A stretch of DNA of 64,000 bases from Kudoa neothunni (taxonomy: Eukaryota; Animalia; Cnidaria), in assembly GCA_964304625.1 (NCBI GenBank), contig OZ199839.1, positions 11,314,847 through 11,378,846 of the forward strand, written 5' to 3'. Numbering within the stretch: the first letter of the stretch is position 1; the number at the start of each line of letters is the position of its first letter. The position numbers were made by a program, and so were the translations under genes. The notes under the pieces are model-generated. The model was not told the origin of the DNA. It searched no databases and was given only the letters and a program-made list of their open reading frames with translations. Shown here in pieces: positions 12,854 through 26,146 of this stretch.

Positions 12854-15800
12854 ATGTCTACAAGTGTTAGGAAAAACTTCTGGCAATCCAGAACTAATGA
12901 TGGATTTGTGATTGTTTACTTTCTCATGCCGAACGGCCAAGTTATAGTGTTGGAGTGTAACGAATTGTTGACGTTGTTCGAAATCAAAATTGCTGCATTC
13001 AACGAAGCTAAAAATTATCCACTCTACAGTTTGCTGAGAGAACCGAAATTCTATAATTTCTCTTATGTCACCAACCACGGCACAATACAGGTAATCAACG
13101 AAAGTGAAGAGTCAGTTCGAAAGTTAGTCAATCTAAGAAATTTGCACAAGGCTGTATTTAAATTTGTGGAAGCTGAATTCAACGACGTAGAAAAGTATAT
13201 TCAATCACAAATATCGTCCATTATTGGAGGTGAAGTTATGTCGAGAATATCAGCATTGTCTGGTGGGGAGGAACATCGTTTCATCGCAAAATATAAGGAA
13301 ATTGTACAGAAAATGGTAATGAACCGAGATTCGAAGGTGTGGGATGAGAGACTTGCTATGGCATACCCACCAGATATAGATTTTGGTCCTGATGTGCCCA
13401 AATACGTTCAATACCAGTTACTTAATGCTTATTATAATGATGAATCCATTTAAATATACATAGATTGATTGAAGAGAAAGAGTTTAAAGTGAAATTGATG
13501 CTCGATCAAAACCATTCTACAGCCCTACTTCTCAACATCGATGACACTCCATCTACGGTGCTTCCAAAGGTGATGGGTATATTCAAAAAGAAATGCAATA
13601 TTAGCGAAGACCTCGAAGAAGTCATTTTGAAGGTGGTTGGACAGAATAGTTATTTATGCAAGGAGTACGATCCTATCAGTCATCAACTGATAGAATACCC
13701 AATTATTAGATACAAGGTAGTTGTTTAAATTTTACAATTGATATTTTAATCACTGTTACAAAGTATATACGAGAATCGATTAGAAAATACCAAACACCTC
13801 GAATAACCATTTTCAAAAAAAGCAATATCAAACTGGACTGCACTCAGCTGATTCGCCAGAAAGAACCACCGCCCGTTCCACAAAAGAACACAAAAATTGA
13901 ATCAACTCACTTATGGGATATCAAAGAAGATGAGTTTTACATCAAAATAAACAATGTTACCAATATCAATACATTGGATAAATATGTAAGAGATATATAG
14001 TGGAGAGGAATTTTAAAGTTAAAATTAATGGTGTTTAGTACGGAATAGCAGGAGCAGTATTCGTGGGTAAGGAACCCGTATCCAAAATTATCCACACTGA
14101 ATTGAAACAAGGACCTCGACTTTTTTTTAAGGAAAAAATGCATTTTGGGTTGCCAACATATGTTTATCCACGTATGGCTAAAATTTGTCTATGTTTATAT
14201 TCTACCTCTAAGCCATCAAACAAGGTATTAATAGTTTATGTTTTTTACTGCTACTACTACAAAAATAACAACTATTGTAGATTAAAAACGCCGAATCTAT
14301 TGCATGGTTAAATATAGCAATGTTTGATTTTCAGGGAAATCTAAACTTTGTCAACATTCCCACTGATAGCCAAAATTTTGATAACGACTTCAATGAATTC
14401 ACATTCTCAATGTTCAACTACGAAGAAATAACCAGTGGTGTAATTCATAAACCTATGGGACCAATCTCGTTGCCTATTCAAAATAATGATAAAATAAAAA
14501 TTAATATTTCCTACATAAATTATTCAAAAACTATAAAGGGTCCTTCGAGAGATGATGTGAGTTTGATTACTATGATCTTCATATCTGTTAAATTATTTTC
14601 TCCAATATATGTATATACATCAATTGTTCACTCATATACACGTTTAGTACAATACTCTGCTGAAAAACACTAAAACTAAAGATAAAAATTATTTACAGGT
14701 TAATGACTGTTAAACTGTTATATTATGAAATAAAAATATAGTTAAATTTGGGAACCGTTGTTTCTAAATATTTAGTTGACAGTGACGTAATTTTGTTTTT
14801 AGATATTTTTTAAATTTATTTATAGTCAAAATTGGATGTATGCATATGCTCAGAGAACACTAATAATCTTTATAAAATATTAGACTGCAGCGAAACGCAC
14901 ATTGAAAGCTATCAGCAAACTACATGTGTACAACTCGATAAGAAACATTCATAGCATATTTCTGTGGTCCAACTGGTAGTATAATAGTGACTGTTACAAG
15001 TATTATTTTAGTTTATTAGGAAATTAATTAGGGATCAGTATCCGCAGTTTTTGATTTTGCTCCTAAGGTCTATTGATTGGATCAACAGAGAACATATTGC
15101 TATTGTAATTTACTCCATCGATTCCCAATCAATTTACGAGCAATCTTACTTACGCTAGGTGTATGAACTGCTCGAAAATTGGCCCCTAATGAGTCCTTCT
15201 AATGCACTTGAATTACTTGGTTATTGGTATTCAGACGAATATGTAAGAGCTTATGCGGTTTCTTGTGTAAACCAGATGAGGTAAAATAATTAGTCTACCT
15301 GTATTAGTCTTTCTCCTCTCGTAAATTTTATTGAATTTAATTAAGCCTTTCACAATCGGAGGCGGTACAAATGTCATCACATAATACCTTGATTCCTTCG
15401 AGAGTTTGCTTATTTTTCTTAGAAGACTTTAAAAAATACGGAATATTTTTAAGCTTTAAATTAATTTCCACTTTGGACGGATTAATCTCAACATTCGTAT
15501 ATAATATATATCGAGATTTTTCCAAATTTATTACAAGCTTAATATTTCTATGTATTTTTAATTAGTTATTATGATAATATCATGAAATTCTCAAATAGTT
15601 ATTTAATAATAGCAGTAAATTGTATAAAATAGAGTTGCACAAATTAAGACCACCAAGCCTTACCAAGTCTTTTATATTAGCTATTTATTGGTCCGCAACA
15701 AATTTTAAATACATAAGCATTATTTTTTTAGTTTATTCATTTACACTTTTTTAAATTATCAAGGTATTAACCAAAATTTTTTAGGTTTTTTATCCTTAGG

Positions 15801-18800
15801 AGTTTTTAAAGAGCTAACAATGAATCTCAGTTTAAAAAGTGTTCGTATAATTGGTATAAAAAAGATTTATCCATTCATGAATACACAATATATTTCCGTT
15901 CTTCTAAATAAAACAAAATTATTGAATATTTAAAGTAAATGATGCTGATTAAAAACTTAATATGAAAAGTAATAGAATTATTGGTATTTATACAATTCTT
16001 ATAGATTTAATTACCATGAGTTTTTAACTTTTTAATATTCAATGTAAATATATGGATAATTTAATTAGTTATCTACATTAGATTTTTAATAGCATTATTA
16101 TTGGATTTTAAATTATTTACAATTTTATATAAATTTCTTATAAAATTTAAATAAAAAAAGAAATAACAAAAAAATTCTCGTTGGAATTTTTAAACAAAAA
16201 TACACTGAAATCTGGATATTCGCCCGGTTAACATGTTGTGTCGATTTATTTACATAATAAAATTAATTCTTCTGCATTTAATTTAAGTTTTTATTTGATT
16301 AAAACAACAAAATGGCATAAATAGTGTATTATTTCAAGTTAAAAACGCATTCGTTTTAATTTTGAAAGGAAATGTGTTTATGGACGACGAATTAACTTTT
16401 GAATTTTCATGAGTAATCTAATATAATAATTAAATAGCTAATTAATGAAATTAAATTACATGACTATTATCTCAATCAGTGGTGCACAAACTTTTGGAGC
16501 CTCGGGCCAAATTTTACTTTTCGAAAACTTCCAGGGCCAGAAAATTTTAAAACCAAGTTATAGCTCACACTTTGTATAGGTTAATTAATTCCAAAACGCA
16601 ATATTCACAATAATTCAAGAATAATAAGTTTATTAAATGTTCTAAATTGAATAATTATTGACATAGCGAACTAATGATAGACATTCGCGTGGATTTTGCT
16701 ATTGGCCCGAACACGTTAATTAGGCCATTAATTTAGTTTTAGTTAACTCAAAAAACATTAAAATTGTATTATTAAACTATATATCATGAATGGAATTATT
16801 TTTAAATGGGTATCAAATCTATAAGATTCATTTTTGTTGTATATATCAGAAAAGACATGGAATTATTTATTATTAATAGGAACTAGATGCACACACAAAA
16901 ATAAAGTGCAATATATCTTGATGATGTATTTTTTAAAAGCTCATTTTTATTTCCAGTAAATTGGCATAAAATATTCTAGAGTATAACTATTGATATTTCA
17001 TGAATATCGTACTTTAGAATTTCACCTGATCTTCGAGATATGGAGGGGGATATTACAAACCAAAAATTATAAGAAATATTGAATTATTTTCGATTTGTAT
17101 TACATTAGCAGTGGAAATTGTTTATCATAATTTTACTTATATTATTTTGAGTAACTTGAGAAAACTTTACAACAATAATTAGCATAGCGGTCATGTACCG
17201 TTTAAAAGAAGAAAATCGAATGAGACTGTAGATAAGTTTACATTTTTTCTTAATACTCTAAATTTTCGTTATTTTTAAAGCAATCGATTGTTCGAGAGCT
17301 AAATGGTTTTCTGTATTTTATGCTCTGACATTTTGTATCGTTCACGATGCCAATACTTATGTGTTGGATTAACGCTAATGCTTTGGCATTTAAAATGACT
17401 CCATTCAACACAAAATGTCATAACCAATTACTGAATCATCATTTGACAAATCTTTTTTACAGATATTGCCCTTGTATCCAACAGTTGTATTTTGCTTTGA
17501 AGATTGCTTAAGATTGAATGGAGCATCTTTGCTAACATAAGTGGGTATCTTATTTAATGGAATTTTCGATTAATAACCGTAACAGCGAGATCTTTACTAA
17601 TAAACCAAATAAGAATGTCTGAAAAGAACTATATTATTCCAGTTTATAATAGAGTTATTCGAATTTTTGTTTCTCTATTATATTAAAAACCGATTTGTTG
17701 TAATAAGGTGATTTTTGTTTAATTACAGTTGAAAGAACTAATTCTGAAACAAATATAAACCAATAAATATCTTATATGAAACCTGAAATCTTATTATTTA
17801 TAAATATGTCACCTTTCAACTTCTGAAATATTGTTATTCTCAACATTCTCCTAACTTGTACTAGTGTCCATTACGCAAATATTATCAGGTTAAAATTACC
17901 CACGCGCCTTTGAATATTATGAACTTAAAATGTGTTTATAAATTGAATATTTAAAAATAAATATTAAAAATTAAACGCAAATGTTACAAATAATAGTTTA
18001 ATAATAGTTATTCGTGTGACAAGATTACTTTCATATAATCACGTAATTTCAAACATAATTGACACCATCATATCCTCAAAATTTAAAAAAATACTTATAT
18101 CGTATTTATAATGGTATTTATTGTTACTTAAATTGAAATAAAACTAAAGGAATGGTCTAATTAGCATGTTCGGGCAAATAGACACTTCGCAAATAATATT
18201 CGTCCCCTGTTGAACAAAACAATATTTTTCTGTCCAGACGTCATTAAATTTTATAGTTTCACCATCAACTTTACTTTATTTAATTTCAGTCATTTAGCTT
18301 AATGATAGAATAAAAATAACATTAATTAAAGATGGGATCTACTTTGGGTGAGCGAAATGGTTGTGTGCGAATATGTGGGGTGCCGTCTAAATTGTCCTGC
18401 CAAATATACTCTATCAGTTCTAATAGATTTTTTTCCTTTGTGTCAGTTTTTTTACGTTTTATTTATTTTTCTTATAGAAGGTTTACGAAAAATTTCATTT
18501 TTACGTACAATATAAATATATTATTATTTCACATCGTTCATAAGACATACTTTAATTGTTTGTCTTAATTTAACTGAACTTGAACTTCGGATCAGCATGT
18601 TTGAGGAATTTATTAATTATAAATCCGCCCAGCACCTGTATAATTTTCTTCCCCTCTTTACACGCTCAAGGAGAAATACGTAAAATTGACACATAAACTT
18701 CTATTAACAAATATTTTCTATATAAAATAGTGAAATGGTTAATAGAAAAAAAATGTTTTGCATATTTAGAGATTTTATTGATGATGTGTTCTTAAGGGTT

Positions 18801-19572
18801 CGCGTATAATAAAAACCTCAATAAATTTTTTTAATAGATTCATTAGATGCTCCCGATATATTCAATAACTAGATAAACCAATTGAAGTTAAATGGTCGAA
18901 TGTTTTTTTTGTTTCAATTAAAAGTATACCATCAATCTGAACTTAGTTAGGGTTCAACGCGGACCACAAAAAAGCTCATTGTGGGCCGGAGTTTGTGCAC
19001 CACTGATCTAAGTAATATAATCATACACTTTTTTCTCCAACGTCATTAATAAATTAATTTATAAAGATATATTATTTTTATTAAAATCTTCGTTTTTCTA
19101 TGATTATAATATAAAAACAACATCAAAAACTTTAAAGCATATCACATCGTAACGTTGATTTTTAGTAACGTGGAATTGGAATGTTATTTGTTACAACTAA
19201 TTCAGGTTTCTTTGAAGTAAAAAAATCAAATTGTTCGATCCATAATAGGCCCTAAAATTTGAGCTATATCTCGACTGTTCGTTGGCAAATTTCCTTATTA
19301 CACGAGCTGTTCACAATCGACGAATTACTCATTTCATCTTTTGGAATTTAAAGTATAAAATTTCTTCTTAATTTTGGTCAAAATTCAAAAATTAGATCCG
19401 AAATGGGAGCTCCTAAATTTTCGGTACGATTTGGACTGTTGTTGGAAATTATTTGTCGTGGAGATTTCGGATATTGCCAAGTCCTGTTTCGTCAAGTAAT
19501 TACGACACAATCCATGAATTAATTATAGCATGATCTGATATTTTATTAAAAAAACTCTACATCACTTACATC

Positions 19573-19604
<32 letters not shown>

Positions 19605-21053
19605 TATCTATATTAATGTATAATTCATAAAGGTAGAATTCCTTGAAAGACTTGAATTCCTCTCTTCTAATATTCAAAGAGCTGGCAATCTTGATCGACA
19701 TGTAAATTCATTTTGAACTATTCCACGAATTTTTCACCTCAAAGTAGACTAGAAAATGTCTTTTTATTGAATTTGTCACCATGGCTACTAACATAGATGT
19801 TTTTCAGGACGTGGTCAATCCATTGGAACCTCGATACCACATGAGTTCGCTCAAGTAGATAGTTTATTTGGGAAGCAGCATCGTCGAAATTTCCTATTTA
19901 CAATTATTAACATTATTTGTAGAATAGAAGAATGTGACATTAAGGAATCGAAAAAGAAGCCCATATTTTTGGTATTTAAGAATATGGATCCGTTAGGGAG
20001 GGATATCAAAATATTGTTCAAATATGGAGACGGTAAAGTTTTTGACATATCTTGTTGAAGCTAATTATAAATAAACGCATAAAAAATCCAAATCTATAGA
20101 TTTACGTCAGGACATACTTACTCTACAAACTATACGAGTGATGGATCATATATGGCAAAAATCTGGTTATGATTTAAAGTAGTCGAATATCTGAGGTGAG
20201 AATTGAATGTGTATTAAACTTGGTGAATTAAGGTTAGTACCCTACAAAGTGTTAGCAAGTGGGACCAACACAGGCCTAATAGAAATAGTGGATAGCTCTT
20301 GTACATTGGGGAAGATTCAACTTAAAAAAGGTTTCAAGAAAAACACCATTTATGATTGGATAATTGAATCGAAACCGGTCAAAATGCCTGCGGAAGCAGC
20401 TCTCGAAATGTTCAAATTATCCTGCACGGCCTATTCCATCGTTACACTAGTGTTGGGTATAGGAGACCGACACAATGACAACATAATGCTGAAGCAAAAT
20501 GGCACATTATTTCACATCGATTTTGGTCATTTCTTAGGGAACTACAAGAGTTTTATGGGTATACGACGAGAAAGAGTTCCCTTTTTGTTGACTACTGATT
20601 TCTTGTTTGCAGCCACAGTTGGTTCGGACGAAGTGTCGTCTACCAAGTTCAAGGGGTTATTCGTTGTTTAACTTAATCGGTTCGATGTGAGTGAATAATA
20701 ATTCATAATGACGAAATAGGTTTCAGAAACTTTGCGAAGATGTGTACATGGCGATCAGAAAATACGGCAATCACATAGTGACATTGTTTGCTCTGATGAT
20801 CAACAGCAATCTGCCTGAATTGAACAAGCCTGACGATTTGAATTTTCTGATGAACACATTATCTTTGGGCAAAGCAAAAAAGGAATCGATCTCCTTCTTT
20901 CGTGAGAAATTCAAAGAAGCCTACAACGGAAGATGGAGCACTTATCTGAATTTTTACGCCCATAACAAACGTATTGCAAGCACTCAAACTACCTCAAACA
21001 AGATATCTGATAAAATGATGGCCGACCTCAAAAACGATATTCTAGATATATGA
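12854..21053 (+). CDS. Class IA PI3K catalytic subunit p110 (PIK3CA/B/D-like), multi-exon, with a 3.9-kb intron (15281-19165)
   Basis: Adaptor-binding domain [13 protein letters not shown]...[11 protein letters not shown], then RBD and C2 ([12 protein letters not shown]). Helical domain LKAIS...FLWS and YLLQLIQ. Intact kinase motifs [20 protein letters not shown] and HIDFGHFLG. Confidence 0.95.
16477..19005 (-). mobile_element. hAT (Buster/Charlie-type) transposon with decayed transposase, inside the p110 intron
   Basis: Perfect 16-bp TIRs CAGTGGTGCACAAACT / AGTTTGTGCACCACTG. Degenerate 8-bp TSD ATCTCAAT / ATCTAAGT (6/8). Minus-strand remnant LDGTPH..HT near 18370. Confidence 0.85.
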
Positions 21054-21279
21054 TCGCTTCTGACGTAAACATTAAAAATGAATGAATATCCACATACAAG
21101 TTGGAATAGTTAAATTTTACTAAATTTCTTTGAATAATGTTTTTAACGCTGTCTTGTCTACATTGATGGTGTCAACGCAGCATTAATCATTAATGGCGCC
21201 GTAAAACATAACGCGATATTTCAATCCACAAATTAAAAAAAATAACAATCATTAACAATGAGAAAAATATATAGGAAAT

Positions 21280-21748
21280 TTAGGCGGAAAGAGTAGCCAA
21301 AAAACTGTCAACTTTATCAGCATTCTGTTTCAACGACTCAGTACGAAAAACCATTTCAGCAGTGGAATCTTTCAGTTTCGACATCGATGTAAGCACATTG
21401 TAAAATAGGTTTTTAAGGGAGTTTTTCATCAACTCCATACAATATTTATTCCAATTGATGAATGCTTCTGGGAGATTCCCTAAATTAGATTAAAACACGT
21501 TGATATTTAATCTAGATTTTCTAAATTATTGGATCTTTCGTTTACATGCTTTCGAATCTTTGGGGCTCTCATTAAAATCTTCATCTAATGGATAGTAAAA
21601 AAGAACTAAAAATAATAATCACGTGCACTAATGGCTGCCTCTCCTATTATATCGACTGCGACGTCGTCTAGAAGGCTTTTACTCCTATAATAAGTGGCAC
21701 TGAGACTATTTTTCCATTAATGACTATATACGTTCGATGCTCATCCAT
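21280..21748 (-). CDS. Four-exon 105-aa helical protein, tentatively BLOC-1 subunit 3-like
   Basis: Exons 21748-21732, 21684-21623, 21584-21546 and 21479-21280 are joined by GT-AG introns of 47, 38 and 66 nt with all phases compatible. Product: MDEHRTSKSLLDDVAVDIIGEAAISAHEDFNESPKDSKAWNLPEAFINWNKYCMELMKNSLKNLFYNVLTSMSKLKDSTAEMVFRTESLKQNADKVDSFLATLSA*. The family assignment is weak. Confidence 0.7.
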
Positions 21749-22480
21749 AGCTGCTTAAAATTAAATACAAAACTCGCGCATCACATCTAACTCTTGATAG
21801 ATACGTTAAAAAAAAGAACACATTCCGAATTTATGAATAAAATAATCAGAGCACTTCCATTAGAAAAAGTTTTAATTTCGAGTGGAGGATTTTTTTAATT
21901 TTTATAATTTGATAATTAATGCAAATCCCAATAGTTAGTCGGCTTATCGTCCACATTATAATATCAAAGCTCCGATTTATTTATAAAAGCAGTTTATCTC
22001 TACCAATATTAATCTGTGTAAAGCAATGATTATTTATAATTTAATAATTGTATATTTTTATGTTACTATTTTTATTGTGTGCTCATTGGGGTTTTTATCA
22101 TGGCGTTAAAATTTTTGTAGTTTTAGAATCGATATGGTAATTTATAGAGTTATACGCTCTAATTCCTGTAAAAATAAACAATAATTAGTTGAATATGTTA
22201 AAATATTCGTAATTTATTTTTTATCGACTTTAAAAAATTTATTACACTTTTTTAATCCTGATACGAACAATATCGTTAAACATGATTATTTAATAATATT
22301 TAATTCCTTTCATTCTTCTTGTGTGATTTAATTTATTTTTTACTTAAATCAAGATAAGTTAACTCTTGATATTCCATAACTTGTTGGGGCCAGGGAAATT
22401 TACACAATACCTGTACGTGTGCACACAATAAAAATAATTATTTATTTGAAAATATTTGTTAATTTTGTGAGGTTTCCTCA

Positions 22481-23024
22481 TTCTTTGATTCTTTGCTTAT
22501 TTGATTCTTTGCTTATTTGATTCTTTGCTTATTTGATTATTTGCTTATTTGATTATTTGCTTATTTGATTATTTGCTTATTTGATTATTTGCTTATTTGA
22601 TTATTTGCTTATTTGATTATTTGCTTATTTGATTATTTGATTATTTGCTTATTTGATTATTTGCTTATTTGATTATTTGCTTATTTGATTATTTGCTTAT
22701 TTGATTATTTGCTTATTTGATTATTTGCTTATTTGATTATTTGCTTATTTGATTATTTGCTTATTTGATTATTTGCTTATTTGATTATTTGCTTATTTGA
22801 TTATTTGCTTATTTGATTATTTGCTTATTTGATTATTTGCTTATTTGATTATTTGATTATTTGCTTATTTGATTATTTGCTTATTTGCTTATTTGCTTAT
22901 TTGATTCTTTGCTTATTTGATTCTTTGCTTATTTGATTATTTGATTATTTGATTCTTTGCTTATTTGATTCTTTGCTTATTTGATTATTTGATTCTTTGC
23001 TTATTTGATTATTTGCTTATTTGA
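22481..23024. repeat. 8-mer tandem array (TTATTTGA/TTATTTGC/TTCTTTGC) with 16-mer higher-order period
   Basis: Read directly; 544 bp, about 68 octamers. Confidence 0.97.
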
Positions 23025-23536
23025 TGTAATGAGTAACTATGAGGATTATAACAGAACTTACATATGTGCAATCAACATCAGAACAATATGGCATCACCAC
23101 CGTTAAGCTATAACTCGAGGGTTTGAACCTTATCCGCAATTATTCATTACATTATAGTGCTTGTGTATTTTAATTTTATGTTCAATATTTCTCTGAAAAG
23201 GAGTCATTTGCGGCATTTATTTTAAAGCATTTTGAAGATTAAAATGAACAAATAGTGTTGAGCAGTAATGGGAGCATCAATTTTCTCATCTTATATAAAA
23301 TGTAAATATCAAAAAAAAGGTTTCCAATTTCATATATTATTATTTCCTATCTTATCGAAATACAGTTATCCAAAAATAGGCTAAATTATAACGAATTACG
23401 CAGCATCGATAATTTACTGTAATTGTTCCATGAGTTGGATAAATTTTACGTTTTATTCCAATTTTTAATAAATTTACTAATAAAATTTTTATTTTTAACT
23501 AGAATTTATTTCAACCTATTAAGATTGTATATTTAA

Positions 23537-25111
23537 CCCTCCGAGCAGCTCCTAACTGATTATATACATCTGACGTCTTTCGGTTTGAAAAAGACCCCAA
23601 GACCAAATTCCGTATAATTAACCAATCTCATTCCCATTCATATTTTAAACAATTACATGATATTTTAAATATTAATTAAATTTCATTTTATATTAAAATA
23701 TACAAAATTATATATCGCAAGATTAATTGTAATTGTTCGAATGCATATTTTGACTCAATCTTGGCCGTGTAAATCGTTATTAAGTTTGTTGAATGCAATA
23801 TTCCAAGTAAAAATGCTATATAAAACGTAATAAATTTATATTGATCGAAGTTTTAATAAAAATTAGTTTTTTCACCTTTTAAGTGATATAAGGACTTTCT
23901 ATCCTCAGAAATATATTTAGTTATCACTCTATTTGAGTATTTATAAAATATAAAATTTATATATTTTTTTTGATGAAATTTTTTGGTAGTTATTCTTTAT
24001 ATTTAGACACATCATCTACCGTTAGGCGATTCATTTTTTAATAGTTTAAAGCTTTGATTAAATATTGTTAAAGAAAACCAAAATTAAAAACAGAAAATAA
24101 TGAATCAATGGATTCTACTATCTAATATCTAGTGTTGTTGTCACATCGTGGACAAACTTTAATAAATGTGCTATAGGGCACATTATTTTAACCTTAATCT
24201 CCTTTCATCGCTTGCATCAAAATCGTCTAAGTAGAGGTGGAGGGAGCGTTTGATTTTTGTATATTCCTTCAGTGGCATAACTTATCTAAAAATCTCAACA
24301 GCCCGTATCTAACATCCAGAATCTTTCGAGAAATTCTGTTTTCGTTTTAAAAATTGACATGTATTTCTGTATGCTGAGATATGCACGACAACCATTCAAA
24401 TCGACATCACCATAAGAAAAATCATAATGATAACAGCCAAATTTATTGACCATCGGATAATTGTAGATAACAATTGATCAGTGAAGAATAAGTTAAAACA
24501 ATCTTTAACGTTTTATATTGTTGAGGATTGTAGGTAGTTACACAAGGATTTGGATTTAAAATGTTTTTACTTCGTATCGGTTTTTCTAGGAGGAATCTTG
24601 CCCCGTATGTTATTATCTTAGTGAGTGAGAAGGTATATTAATATAGTTCCAACATTGTTAGAATCGGATGGAAATAATTGCTTTTAAATTAATTCATCAA
24701 TTGCAATTATGATGGAAGAATCTTCAGTGTAACCATTTTAGCTAGACAACAATTCACAACTCAAAGTTGCTACATGATCGTCCATGTTTGCAAAGGCATA
24801 TTAGCGGTTTTATGCCATTACTTTTATTTAAAAATAACTAAATCTAAAATGAGGTTCTAAAAAATAAATTATTCCACAGTTTGTATGAAAAAAAATTTGG
24901 GGTATTTTTTGACCCCAAAAGCACCAGGTGAAATATTTGAGAAACAACCTATTCCTTTCTGTTTAAAGAAAGGTTAACATTGTCTTTCAAAACAATTGAT
25001 TATTGTAAAAGAATAGGTAGGATATATAGATAAATGAAGTAAGATATGAGGGAGAAAATAACTGATTAAACCACGATTGGAGTCGAAAACGACCCCAAGA
25101 TGCTCGGAGGG
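23537..25111 (-). mobile_element. piggyBac-family element with decayed transposase
   Basis: TTAA TSDs at 23533-36 and 25112-15 flank a perfect 11-bp TIR, CCCTCCGAGCA / TGCTCGGAGGG. Subterminal GACCCCAA repeats are present, with minus-strand IAIDE and TGQD remnants. Confidence 0.9.
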
Positions 25112-26146
25112 TTAAACATGAATCTTGATAACATTAGTTCTTAAAGTGTGAAGCGAATATTTGTTGATAAGTTGTAATTATTTTTTTGGCATTTCCCTGT
25201 CATTATTAATTTATAAATTGCGTTAGTTCACCATTGTTATATTTTATGGAGTGTCTTTTTTAATATGTAGGTGGCAAGAAATTTTTAATTGATTATGCTG
25301 CGAGATAATAGAAATAAGAAGTTTTATGTAATAGAGTCGATGTAACGCATGAGTATTATGTATAATTACATTATTTTTTGTGACATTGAATTTCGAGGGT
25401 ATCATTTCGTAACAGACAACAAATAAATGTGTCTAATTGCAATCCATTTGCACATGTGCGTAATTGATTAATCAATTTTTGTAAGATGTTTCCCTCTTAT
25501 TCATACTTATATATATATATATATACATATGTATATATATGTGGGAAATTTATAATTAAATAATAGAATTAATTTTTTTTTTTGGAAATAAAGAAATGGC
25601 TGAAATTATTATATTTTTTATTGTATTTTACCAACAAAATGACACAGTAAGTCATTATGAACGAAAAGTTCATCCAAAATGTAGAATATTGAAAATTTCT
25701 CTATATTCATAACTCATTTTCAGTTGTATTTTCACTTAACTAAGGTAATATACCTAATTTTAGTATTACAAATTTTTCAGTTAACATCCTGTTATAATAA
25801 AGGAGATTATTGAGCGTTATTTGATCAATCGTTTTCTAAATTAGACTTTAAGAGTGATTTTAAATTAGAAAAGTACAAATAACTAATAAAAGAATTCTTA
25901 TTAGGGCTTAAACATGTAAGTAAGGACTAGGAACAAATTTTATTTTTACAAATTGTTTTTTTAAACAAACTAAGCCTAATTATTTTGAAACCAGCCGTAA
26001 TTTATATCGTTGGATTATAGGGTTTTCCGAGCTTTAACAACACTGTGTCAAGCATTAGCAACATTGTGTCAAGCTTTAACAACACGTGTCTAAATTTGGA
26101 ATCTAATTAAGTAGAGAATTCATATTTATAATTCAGAAAATATCAA

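Noticed and set aside
5920-13401. Minus-strand ORFs over the p85 and p110 exons
   Set aside because: They are antisense shadows of real coding exons and carry no recognisable motifs.
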